Source of the DNA: an uncultured bacterium
GTDB lineage: Bacteria; Omnitrophota; Omnitrophia; Omnitrophales; Aquincolibacteriaceae
NCBI GenBank assembly: GCA_964482725.1
Contig: CAYZYT010000004.1
Span: 104,063-168,062 of the forward strand
Direction: 5' to 3'
DNA: 64,000 bases
The position numbers were made by a program, and so were the translations under genes. Below the pieces are notes generated by a model. It did no database searches. It was not told where the DNA came from and saw nothing but the letters and a program-made list of their open reading frames with translations. Below, piece after piece: positions 53,326-62,236 of the stretch. Position 1 is the first letter of the stretch. Each line of letters begins with the position of its first letter.

Positions 53326-54847
53326 TATGAAACACCACCCTTTCACAAAACTGGCGAGCATTTTAGTTATTTGCCTTATGACTTTTTCGTCCTCAGTCTT
53401 CGCGAGCGATGCTGAACTCATGGCCTTGGTCCAGAATATGCAGAAACAGATGAACGCACTGCAGACGACCGTTATGGCGCAGAAAACAGAGCTCGAGGCG
53501 CTGAAGGCGGGTGGCGGCGGGAAGATCCAGATGGCCCCAAGCGGCGTGGAAGCGACTCCTCCCATGAGCGAAGCGGAATTCGCCCAGCGCTTAGGCGATG
53601 CTACTGGGGGCGCCAATAAATGGCTCAAAGACCTCAAGTTCTCGGGCGACCTCCGCTTGAGGTATGAAGCTTTCCACCTGAATACAGGTAATAATTATAA
53701 GAACGCAGACGGTACGTACAGCGGGAATCAGCCCGACCGAAACCGTTTCCGTATTCGCTTGCGTTATGGGTTCGAGAAAACCTTTAATCCGGAAATGAAA
53801 GTCGGTTTTTCAATGGCCAGTGGCGAGAAAAAAGGCACCATCGGTGAAAACATTGATCCAGTCTCTACGAATCAGAGTTTGAACAATGATTTCAATTTCA
53901 AGAGTATTTGGATTGAAAAAGCCTACGCAACGTACACGCCGGAATGGGCGAAAGTCGGTATCTCGGACGGTCCGAAAATCGAGGGCCTGGAGGTCACGGC
54001 CGGTAAATTCACGAATCCCTTCGAAAAAGGATCGACCGATATGATCTGGGATCGAGATCTGAAGCCGGAGGGTGTCTATGAAAAAATTGATGCCAAGCTT
54101 ATGGATACTGAGAACTTCGATCTCAAGACCTATTTGACGGCAGGGCAGTTCGTTCTTAGGGAGTCAGGAACTACCGGAACCAAAGATGCAAACCTTTGGG
54201 CGTATCAGGCCGGAGTGAACCCTGTTTTCTATGTGCCGGGCATGGAAAGACCTGTGGATGCTCTCTCAGCCCTTTCCATCTATAGCTATCAGAATTATGC
54301 CCGCTTGGGTAATTTTACGATCGATGGTACCAGTCAGGCCAATGGTAATCCAACCTACAACACGACCACGTTGGCGGCACGAAACTTTAATATCTTGAGC
54401 TTTTATCAAGAGGTTAATTTTTTCCCTCACGGGATCCCCGTGAAGCCGTTCGCCGAATTTGCGCGCAATATGAGTAACCAGTCCGGCAACCCTGCTGCGG
54501 CTCCGTTTAACGGAATGCAAGGCGGTGCGGATGCCTGGTCCTTAGGCATCACACTTGGAAAACTGATGAAGAAGGGGGATTGGCAGGGGAGCTATCAATA
54601 TAAGTACATCGGGGCAAACTCTGTGGTAGGTGCTTTTAACGACAGCGACTTTGGCGGTTATAACTATGGCGGCACCGACAAGGCCGGCAGTGTCATCAAG
54701 TTGGGATATAACCTTACAGACTATCTGACGGTGAACGGCGCATGCTATCTCGTGCGGCCGATCACCGTGAGGGATAACACGAGTAACGGCATGCAGTTGG
54801 ATCAATCGGTCCGAAGGTTCCAGCTGGATATGACTTACAAGTTCTAA
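53326..54847 (+). CDS. Outer-membrane beta-barrel porin, probably phosphate-selective (OprO/OprP-like).
   Basis: Signal peptide MKHHPFTKLASILVICLMTFSSSVFA, N-terminal coiled coil, alternating beta-strand pattern and C-terminal YKF. Within the Pho regulon and preceded by a Pho box. I chose the start at 53326 (GGAGGA RBS) over 53282. Confidence 0.55.
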
Positions 54848-54873
54848 GCAGCCGAGCAAAAGTGTTTGGCCTT

Positions 54874-54910
54874 TGCAGGGACGGTTCTCCCGAAAGAGAA
54901 CCGTCCCTGA
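54874..54910 (+). terminator. Hairpin terminator after the porin gene.
   Basis: gggacggttctc-ccgaaa-gagaaccgtccc. Confidence 0.5.
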
Positions 54911-54929
54911 TTAACAGCCAGGATAGAGT

Positions 54930-54946
54930 TTTACACGGATTTTACA
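54930..54946 (+). promoter_or_regulatory. Putative Pho box TTTACA-N5-TTTACA upstream of pstS.
   Basis: tTTTACAcggatTTTACAtc. TAGAAT -10 about 26 bp downstream. 57 bp from the pstS ATG. Confidence 0.55.
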
Positions 54947-55002
54947 TCAACCAGAGCCGGGCCATCGTAGAATGATGCCCATGATAAAAGAGGGGGTTTG
55001 AG

Positions 55003-55875
55003 ATGAAGACGGATAGGTTGTTTAAAGTGATGCTTGTGGTGTTAAGTGTTTTTTGTGTCGGGATTTTTCCGGTCCATGCGAAGGAAGGCATGATCCAGAT
55101 CAAGGGGTCGGACACGATCGTGAATTTGAGCCAGGCGTGGGCCGAGGAATTTATGACGGCAAATCCTCGGGTGAGTCTTGCTGTGACAGGGGGTGGTTCC
55201 GGTACCGGGATCGCGGCGCTGATCAACGGGACTACCGATATCGCCAATTCGAGCCGCAAGATCAAGAAGAAGGAGCTCGATGACGCCCAGAAGGCAGGGT
55301 ACTATCCCGAAGAATTCAAAGTAGCGGTCGACGCCCTCGCGGTGATCGTGAACCCGGCGAACCCCGTCAAGGAACTGACGATCGACCAGCTCTCCGGTAT
55401 TTTTACGGGGAAAATTACGAATTGGAACGAAGTCGGCGGGAAGAACGAGAAGATCCTGGTCCTCTCGCGTGAACGGAATTCGGGGACGCACATGTATTTT
55501 TTGGAACAAGTGTTAAGAAAAGGCAATGAGAAAGGGCCGGAGCAGTTTGCCCCGTCGGTCCTGATGCTGCCGTCCTCCGAGGCGATCATTAATGAAACCT
55601 CAACAAGCGAAAGCGCGATTGGCTACGACGGACTCGGCTATATATCCGCGAAGGTCAAAACCATCGCAGTCGCAAAGAAAGGCGGAGACCCCTTCGTTCA
55701 GCCTTCCAAAGAGACTGCGATGAACAGGACCTACCCGATCTGGCGTTTCCTCTATATATATACCGGCTTCAAGCCCAGGGGAGAGATCAAGGCCTTTCTT
55801 GATTTTGCCCTGAGCGCGAAGGGGCAGAAGATCGTTGAAGATATGGGTTTTGTTCCATTGGGTGAATCCCGATAG
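55003..55875 (+). CDS. pstS: Phosphate ABC transporter substrate-binding protein.
   Basis: Signal peptide and IKGSDTIVNLSQ...VTGGGSGTGIAALINGTTDIANSSR. Confidence 0.85.
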   Translation: MKTDRLFKVMLVVLSVFCVGIFPVHAKEGMIQIKGSDTIVNLSQAWAEEFMTANPRVSLAVTGGGSGTGIAALINGTTDIANSSRKIKKKELDDAQKAGYYPEEFKVAVDALAVIVNPANPVKELTIDQLSGIFTGKITNWNEVGGKNEKILVLSRERNSGTHMYFLEQVLRKGNEKGPEQFAPSVLMLPSSEAIINETSTSESAIGYDGLGYISAKVKTIAVAKKGGDPFVQPSKETAMNRTYPIWRFLYIYTGFKPRGEIKAFLDFALSAKGQKIVEDMGFVPLGESR

Positions 55876-55897
55876 AGATTCGTAAAAGGTTTTCCTG

Positions 55898-55996
55898 CGT
55901 TAGAGAGGAATGTGATAGTGAAAATGAAGTTGCCGCCATGTAATTCTCACCTTGACGGAAGCGCTCCCAAAAGGAGCGCTTCCTATCTCTAACGGG
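55898..55996. repeat. MITE-like element, copy 1, in the pstS-pstC spacer. It has CGTTAGAGA terminal inverted repeats and an internal GGAAGCGCT palindrome.
   Basis: gcgttagagagg ... ggaagcgctcc-caaaa-ggagcgcttcc-tatctctaacggg. Confidence 0.65.
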
Positions 55997-56004
55997 AGAG
56001 CAGA

Positions 56005-56871
56005 GTGAGAAAGTTCCGCGAAGCGATCATTGAGAAGGCCATTCTTCTGAATGGTTTTGCGTGCATCCTCTTTGTCATTCTGATCTTTGTTTTTTTAGCA
56101 AAAGACGGGCTTACGCTCTTCAAAACGATCGCGATCCAGGATTTTCTTTTCGGGAAAATTTGGAGCCCGCTTGCCGAACCCCCGCAATTCGGGATCCTGC
56201 CGCTTTTTCTCGGATCCTTGTTTGTGACGATCGGAGCGGCTGTTATTTCAGTTCCTCTTAGCATGGCCTGCGCGATCTTTATTGGTGAGATCGCGCCGCG
56301 CTGGATGCGGGAGACGTTAAAAGCCGGTGTCGAACTTCTGGCGGCCATCCCAAGCATTGTGATCGGTTTTATCGGAATGGCCATGCTTGGCCCCATTGTA
56401 AAAAATCTATTCCATCTCCCCACGGGGCTGACCGCGCTGACCGGGTCCGTTGCACTGGCTTTTATGGCCATTCCGACTATGGTGAGCATTATGGAAGATG
56501 CGATCACTTCCGTGCCGCGGACTTATAAGGAGGGATCACTCGCGCTAGGCGCTACGCATTGGCAGACGGTCTACCGGGTCATTATCCCTGCGGCGTCTTC
56601 GGGGATCGTGGCCGCCATCATGCTTGGGATCGGTCGCGTGATCGGAGAGACCATGGCCGTGATGATGCTCACTGGAAATGCCTCGGTGATGCCTGAGACG
56701 ATCCTGGCGCCCGTCCGAACCTTGACCGCTACCATTGCCGCCGAAATGGGGGAGACCGTGCGCGGGAGTGAACATTATTTCTCGCTTTTTGCTATCGGCT
56801 TGGTTCTTTTCGGGATCACGTTCCTCATTAATTTTCTAGCCGACATGGCGCGTCATAGGAAAAGGAAATGA
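56005..56871 (+). CDS. pstC: Phosphate ABC transporter permease.
   Basis: GTG start with GGGAGAG RBS. Six TM segments and the EAA-like loop. Confidence 0.85.
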   Translation: MRKFREAIIEKAILLNGFACILFVILIFVFLAKDGLTLFKTIAIQDFLFGKIWSPLAEPPQFGILPLFLGSLFVTIGAAVISVPLSMACAIFIGEIAPRWMRETLKAGVELLAAIPSIVIGFIGMAMLGPIVKNLFHLPTGLTALTGSVALAFMAIPTMVSIMEDAITSVPRTYKEGSLALGATHWQTVYRVIIPAASSGIVAAIMLGIGRVIGETMAVMMLTGNASVMPETILAPVRTLTATIAAEMGETVRGSEHYFSLFAIGLVLFGITFLINFLADMARHRKRK

Positions 56872-57719
56872 AACTCAAGTCTCAAACAAAACAAAAGATC
56901 GCTTTTACGTTGCTCGGTCTGGCGGCCGTCACCGTGATCGTTCCGGTAATCCTTATCCTGGTAATCCTTATCCAAAGGGGATGGCCCGCGATCAGTTGGC
57001 AATTTTTGACGGAAATGCCACGCATGGGAATGCGGGCTGGCGGTATTTTTCCTGCGATCATGGGGACCTTATGTCTTGTCGCGTGTGCGATTAGCGTTGC
57101 CCTGCCGCTTGGGGTTCTTACGGCGATCTATCTCGTGGAGTATGCCAAGAAAAATTGGTGGACGCGGATGATCGAGATCGCCATCGTGAACCTGGCGGGT
57201 GTCCCCTCGGTGGTCTACGGTCTTTTCGGCCTTGGACTTTTTGTGATCTTTTTTCATTTCGGGTCTTCGATTCTTGCTGGGGCGCTCACGCTCGCGATCA
57301 TGGAATTGCCCGTGATCATCACCTCTTCAAAAGAGGCTCTCATGAGCGTTCCGCGTTCTTTCCGGGAAGCGAGCCTCGCCTTGGGGGTTAGTAAATGGGA
57401 AACGATCCGCTGCGTGGTGCTTCCAAATGCCCTTCCAGGCATCCTGACCGGTTCGATCTTGGGCGTCAGCCGAACAGCCGGCGAGACGGCCCCGATCCTT
57501 TTTACGGTCGCGGCCTTTTATTTGCCCAGGCTTCCCCAGTCGATCTTTGATCAGTGCATGGCGCTGCCCTATCACCTTTATGTTCTTTCCACGCAGGTCC
57601 CGAATGTGAAGCCGGCACTTCAATATGGAACGGCGCTCGTGCTGGTGGGCATGGTATTTTCGCTTAATCTGGTAGCGATCCTTGTGCGCGCGCATATACG
57701 GAGTAAAAAACAATGGTAA
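56868..57719 (+). CDS. pstA: Phosphate ABC transporter permease.
   Basis: ATGA overlap with pstC. TM permease. Confidence 0.85.
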   Translation: MKLKSQTKQKIAFTLLGLAAVTVIVPVILILVILIQRGWPAISWQFLTEMPRMGMRAGGIFPAIMGTLCLVACAISVALPLGVLTAIYLVEYAKKNWWTRMIEIAIVNLAGVPSVVYGLFGLGLFVIFFHFGSSILAGALTLAIMELPVIITSSKEALMSVPRSFREASLALGVSKWETIRCVVLPNALPGILTGSILGVSRTAGETAPILFTVAAFYLPRLPQSIFDQCMALPYHLYVLSTQVPNVKPALQYGTALVLVGMVFSLNLVAILVRAHIRSKKQW

Positions 57720-58570
57720 ACCTATCCTCCGACCGTCATTCTGAGCTCGGCGGGCAGCCGGGCGAAGAATCTCAGAAGAGAGATCCTTCGGCTTTGCCTC
57801 AGGATGACAGGAGATGTGTTTCAGATAAGATCATCGTTAAAGATCTGAACATTGATTACGGTGGCGTTCCGGCCCTGAAGGGTGTGAATTTTTCCGTGAA
57901 GGACAAGGAGATCCTCGGCGTGATCGGCCCGGCCAATAGCGGAAAGACCTCATTTTTGCGTGCCCTCAACCGGCTGAATGATCTGGACCTTGGTTGCAAG
58001 ATGAGAGGATCGATCCTTTTGAACGGCAAGGACATCAACCGGGAGATGGACGCCGAAGAAGTGCGGAAAAAAGTGACCATGGTCTTTGCACTTCCGATCC
58101 CGCTTCCGATGTCGATCTTTGACAATGTCGCGTATGGTCCAAGGCGCCACGGTGTGAAAGATAAGAAAAAGCTCGAAGAGATCGTGGAAAAAAGTCTTAA
58201 GGCGTCATTTCTTTGGGAGGAGGTGAAGGACCGGCTTTCGTCTTCCGGGATGAAGCTTTCCGGCGGTCAGCAGCAGCGTCTTTGCATCGCACGGACGCTC
58301 GCCGTAGAGCCGGAAGTGATCCTTTATGATGAACCCTGTTCCGGGCTCGATCCTATCTCTACGGCTAAAGTGGAAGAAGCCATGCGGGAGCTGAAGTCCC
58401 GCTATACCCAGATCCTCGTGACCAACAATGTAAAGCAGGCTGCGCGAGTCGGGGACCGGGTCGCATTCTTTTTGATGGGAGAGCTTGTGGAGATCGATGG
58501 AGCCCAGAAGATTTTCACCACCCCGAGCGATAAACGTACCAATGATTATCTTACGGGACGATTCGGGTAA
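57713..58570 (+). CDS. pstB: Phosphate ABC transporter ATP-binding protein, copy 1. It has a ~27-aa repeat-encoded N-terminal extension.
   Basis: Walker [19 protein letters not shown] signature and Walker B ILYDEP. The start overlaps the pstA stop (ATGGTAA). Confidence 0.85.
   Translation: MVNLSSDRHSELGGQPGEESQKRDPSALPQDDRRCVSDKIIVKDLNIDYGGVPALKGVNFSVKDKEILGVIGPANSGKTSFLRALNRLNDLDLGCKMRGSILLNGKDINREMDAEEVRKKVTMVFALPIPLPMSIFDNVAYGPRRHGVKDKKKLEEIVEKSLKASFLWEEVKDRLSSSGMKLSGGQQQRLCIARTLAVEPEVILYDEPCSGLDPISTAKVEEAMRELKSRYTQILVTNNVKQAARVGDRVAFFLMGELVEIDGAQKIFTTPSDKRTNDYLTGRFG
57734..57809 (+). repeat. ~76-bp palindromic-ended element, copy 1 (CGTCATTCTGAG...CTCAGGATGACA), in frame within the pstB1 N-terminus.
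   Basis: About 85% identical to the copy at 58579-58651. Termini are imperfect inverted repeats. Confidence 0.65.
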
Positions 58571-58578
58571 CACAACAT

Positions 58579-58651
58579 CGTCATTCTGAGGGCTGTGAAA
58601 CAGCCCGAAGAATCTCAAAGCGAGATCCTTCGGTTGCGCCTCAGGATGACA
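58579..58651 (+). repeat. ~73-bp palindromic-ended element, copy 2, in the pstB1-pstB2 spacer.
   Basis: cgtcattctgag-ggctgtgaaacagccc-gaagaatctcaaagcgagatccttcggttgcgcctcaggatgaca. Confidence 0.65.
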
Positions 58652-58674
58652 AAAGGGATTTTCAGGAAAGCATT

Positions 58675-59427
58675 ATGAATAAGATCGAAACACAAAATCT
58701 CAATCTGTTCTACGGAACGTTCCAGGCGCTGATCGATGTGAACCTTACGATCGAGGAGAAAAAGATCACCGCGCTGATCGGCCCCTCGGGATGCGGGAAA
58801 TCCACTCTGCTCCGGACATTTAACCGTATGAATGATCTGATCGATGGGGTGAAGATCACCGGGCAGGTCCTGATCGACGGACGGAATATCTATGGCTCCG
58901 GGACCGATCTTGTGGAGCTTCGTAAAAAAGTGGGCATGGTCTTTCAGCGGCCGAATCCCTTTCCACTCTCTATTTTCGACAATATTGCCTACGGTCCGCG
59001 GACGCATGGGCTCAAGGATAAAGCCCAGCTTCAGGAGGTCGTGGAACAGGCGCTCTCTCATGTGCAGCTTTGGGATGCTTTGAAGGACAAGCTGGATTAT
59101 TCCGCATTGAATCTTTCTCTTGAGCAGCAACAGAGGCTTTGCATTGCACGTCTTATGGCGGTCACGCCCGATGTGGTGCTTATGGACGAGCCTTGTTCGG
59201 CGCTGGACCCGGTGGCGACACAAAAGATTGAAGAGCTGATGATCGAGCTGAAGAAACATTATACGATCCTGATCGTGACGCATAACATGCAGCAGGCTGC
59301 CCGCGTTTCAGATCGCACAGGATTCATGCTTCTTGGAAAACTCGTTGAGTATGGAGAAACCCGGCAGATCTTTACGAACCCGGCAGAAAAACAAACCGAA
59401 GAATACATCACCGGAAGGTACGGATGA
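58675..59427 (+). CDS. pstB: Phosphate ABC transporter ATP-binding protein, copy 2.
   Basis: Walker [19 protein letters not shown] and Walker B VLMDEP. About 50% identical to copy 1. Confidence 0.85.
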   Translation: MNKIETQNLNLFYGTFQALIDVNLTIEEKKITALIGPSGCGKSTLLRTFNRMNDLIDGVKITGQVLIDGRNIYGSGTDLVELRKKVGMVFQRPNPFPLSIFDNIAYGPRTHGLKDKAQLQEVVEQALSHVQLWDALKDKLDYSALNLSLEQQQRLCIARLMAVTPDVVLMDEPCSALDPVATQKIEELMIELKKHYTILIVTHNMQQAARVSDRTGFMLLGKLVEYGETRQIFTNPAEKQTEEYITGRYG

Positions 59428-59428
59428 G

Positions 59429-59555
59429 CCCCGTTAGAGACTGGTGGGGTGAAATGCAAAAGGGTGAGCGTAAAAATAATGGATTTTAAAACAGATCTTA
59501 AAAATAATGAAAATACGGAAGCGCTTTTGAAAAGCGCTTCCTGTCTCTAACGGGG
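59429..59555. repeat. MITE-like element, copy 2, in the pstB2-phoU spacer. Same TIRs and internal palindrome as 55898-55996.
   Basis: ccccgttagagac ... ggaagcgctttt-gaaaagcgcttcc-tgtctctaacgggg. Confidence 0.65.
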
Positions 59556-59569
59556 TAAAGGAGAAAAAC

Positions 59570-60232
59570 ATGGAAAGACATTTTGCGGAAGAATTGAAGA
59601 CGTTGAAACAAAAATTATTCCAGATGGGGCTTTTGGTCGAGGGCGCTATCGAAAAATCTTTTGAGGCGCTGATCGAGCGTTCGGAAGACCGCGTGAAGGC
59701 GGTCTTTGAGGACGAAAAGGTCATCAATTCCCTAGAGATCGAGATCGACGAAACAGGGCATATGCTTCTTGCTCTGGTGCAGCCGATGGCCCGCGACCTT
59801 CGTCTCATTACCATGATCCTCAAGATCAATACAGATCTGGAGCGTATGGGCGATCATGCGGTCAATATCGCTGAAAAAAGCCAATACTTGATCAGCCAGG
59901 CGCCCCTCAAGCTGGATTTTCCCTTGGAGCCGATGGCGGAAGCCGTGAAAAAAATGGTTCGCGACGCCTTGGATTGCTTTATGAACGAGAACGTGGATCT
60001 TGCGCGCAAGGTGCTTGAAAGTGACGATAAGATCGACGACTACAATGACAAGCTCTATCTGGATATGGTGGCGCTTATGGAGAAAGATCCTCAGACGGTT
60101 CGCCGGGCCTTGAGCGTTGTCATGATCGGACGCAATCTCGAACGCATCGCCGATCTCTCCAACAACATCGCTGAAGACACCATCTATCTGAAGCAGGGCA
60201 AGGAAGTCCGCCACCACTTCGAAACAACATAG
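59570..60232 (+). CDS. phoU: Phosphate signalling complex protein PhoU.
   Basis: Two PhoU repeats with the TDLERMGDHAVNIAE and RNLERIADLSNNIAE motifs. Confidence 0.9.
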   Translation: MERHFAEELKTLKQKLFQMGLLVEGAIEKSFEALIERSEDRVKAVFEDEKVINSLEIEIDETGHMLLALVQPMARDLRLITMILKINTDLERMGDHAVNIAEKSQYLISQAPLKLDFPLEPMAEAVKKMVRDALDCFMNENVDLARKVLESDDKIDDYNDKLYLDMVALMEKDPQTVRRALSVVMIGRNLERIADLSNNIAEDTIYLKQGKEVRHHFETT

Positions 60233-60460
60233 TAGATTTTCGATTAAAATGGAGCGCAGTGGCTAGTTTTTCAACAGCGCATTTTCCAAGCGTGCGAGAT
60301 GCCCGTCTTCATGTTTTCTCTACACATTTTTTCCTTTACGGGCAGGGTATGGCAAAGTAACATGTCTGCGCTTTGGTTTGATAAATAATCTCCCCACAGG
60401 GCCGGCGAATGACGGTCCGAAGCGACTTCCTGGAACACAGAACCGATAAAGGAGTAAATT

Positions 60461-61093
60461 ATGGCGTTTGGATTCCTTCTTCCGAAAGAGACCAGTTTCT
60501 TCGATTATTTTGACAAGCAGGCGGATTATGCTGTTCAGGCAGCCACCCATTTTGTAAAAATGGTCGCCGACTACAAAGTGGATGAGACCGAGGTCGGGAT
60601 CATGAAAGAGATCGAGCATCTCGGAGATGAGGTGACCCATCAGGTCATGGATCAATTGAACAATACGTTTATCACGCCGTTTGATCGCGAGGATATTCAT
60701 GACTTGGCGAAAAAGATGGATGATATTGTCGACATGCTTTACACGCTGACCAAGCGTCTTCGCGTCTATAAGATCCTGAGCATGGAAAGAAACCTTACGG
60801 AATTTGCCCGGGTGATCGAAATGTCCGTTAAGGGCGTTTCGCAAGCCGTCAAAGGGCTCCGGGACATGAAGCGAAGCAAAGAGATCTTGAAGGCCTGTAT
60901 CGAGGTGAATAACCTTGAAAACCTAGGCGACAGGATGCGTGACGACATGCTTGGCGAGCTTTTTGAAAAATATGCCAAGGATCCCGTCGCGGTGATCAAA
61001 TGGAAAGATATCTATCAGGATGCGGAAACGGTCCTGGATGTTTGTGAAGACGTGGTGCACGTGGTTGAATCCATTCTCGTCAAACACGCTTAA
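60461..61093 (+). CDS. DUF47-family (PhoU-like) Pit accessory protein.
   Basis: MAFGFLLPKETSFFDYFDKQA N-terminus is typical of DUF47/YkaA. Lies immediately upstream of pitA. Confidence 0.75.
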   Translation: MAFGFLLPKETSFFDYFDKQADYAVQAATHFVKMVADYKVDETEVGIMKEIEHLGDEVTHQVMDQLNNTFITPFDREDIHDLAKKMDDIVDMLYTLTKRLRVYKILSMERNLTEFARVIEMSVKGVSQAVKGLRDMKRSKEILKACIEVNNLENLGDRMRDDMLGELFEKYAKDPVAVIKWKDIYQDAETVLDVCEDVVHVVESILVKHA

Positions 61094-61096
61094 AAC

Positions 61097-62089
61097 ATGA
61101 CTACGTGGATCCTTTTTCTTATCCTGCTGGCGCTCACGTTTGATTTTCTGAACGGTTTCCACGATTCCGCGAACTCCATTGCGACTGTCGTTTCTACCCG
61201 AGTTCTCTCTCCGCAGCATGCGGTGCTTTGGGCTGCTTTCTTCAACTTTATCGCGTTCCTCTTTTTCGGGCTCCATGTGGCGAATACGATCGGGAAGGGG
61301 ATTATTGATATTAACATTGTGGATAGCCAGATCATCTTCGGTGCTTTGATGGGCGCTTGCGCCTGGAACATTATTACCTGGTACTTTGGATTGCCGACCA
61401 GCTCCTCTCATGCTCTGATCGGCGGGTTGGTCGGGGCGGCGCTCGTGAAGGCCGGCACAGGGTCTCTGGTCTGGAGCGGGATCATCAAAACAGTCGCTTT
61501 TATTTTAATCTCCCCGGTAGTGGGACTTATTTTGGGGGTTCTTTATGGCGTCATCGTCCATTGGCTTGCCCGGAAGAGTTCGCCGGCGGGAGTCGACCAC
61601 TGGTTCCGGAAAGGGCAACTTGTTTCCGCGGCGCTTTACAGCCTAGGGCATGGGGGGAATGATGCGCAAAAGACCATGGGCATTATCGCCAGCCTCCTTT
61701 TCAGCGCGGGCCTTCTTGGGAAAGAATTCCACATTCCTTTTTGGGTCGTGATCTCGTGTCAGGCGGCCATCGCCCTGGGAACAATGTTCGGGGGCTGGAG
61801 GATCGTGAAGACCATGGGGCAGAAAGTCGCGAAGCTTCGCCCGGTGGACGGTTTTTGCGCAGAAGCTGGGGCCGCTACGAGTTTATTTGTGGCTTCCGCC
61901 TTCGGTATTCCGGTTAGCACGACGCACACGATCACCGGCGCGATCATGGGCGTGGGCTCTCTCAAACGAATGAGCGCCGTGCGTTGGGGGGTTGCGGGGA
62001 ATATCGTTTGGGCCTGGATCATCACGATCCCGTGCTCAGCGGCGATCTCAGCCCTCTCTTACGTGGCGGCCAAATTCTTTTTTAAATAA
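61097..62089 (+). CDS. pitA: Inorganic phosphate transporter (PiT family).
   Basis: GFHDSANSIATVV and GHGGNDAQKTMGII PHO4 signature repeats. Confidence 0.85.
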   Translation: MTTWILFLILLALTFDFLNGFHDSANSIATVVSTRVLSPQHAVLWAAFFNFIAFLFFGLHVANTIGKGIIDINIVDSQIIFGALMGACAWNIITWYFGLPTSSSHALIGGLVGAALVKAGTGSLVWSGIIKTVAFILISPVVGLILGVLYGVIVHWLARKSSPAGVDHWFRKGQLVSAALYSLGHGGNDAQKTMGIIASLLFSAGLLGKEFHIPFWVVISCQAAIALGTMFGGWRIVKTMGQKVAKLRPVDGFCAEAGAATSLFVASAFGIPVSTTHTITGAIMGVGSLKRMSAVRWGVAGNIVWAWIITIPCSAAISALSYVAAKFFFK

Positions 62090-62236
62090 GCCCTTCCCCA
62101 GTCTGGATCTTCGGCCACGTGTCTGCCCAAGGTGGAAAAAACCTAACTTCTAAAACTTCGCAAGAGAGCTCTTCTTCTTCGTCTGCTCCGCTCGGGGAGG
62201 ACGCGAGCTATCTGAGAGCTTCCACTGCCCGGTGTT

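Noticed and set aside
57713-57830. PstB1 start mis-called, with the upstream 27 codons being non-coding leader.
   Set aside because: There is no in-frame ATG, GTG or TTG between the element and the ABC core ([12 protein letters not shown]). The ATG at 57713 overlaps the pstA stop in the classic ATGGTAA coupling arrangement, so the extension is most likely translated.
60233-60460. Pho box or minus-strand ORF 60320..60844 in the phoU-DUF47 spacer.
   Set aside because: TACACA and TTTACG half-sites are present but not at 11-bp periodicity. The minus ORF overlaps the start of the DUF47 gene and has no support.
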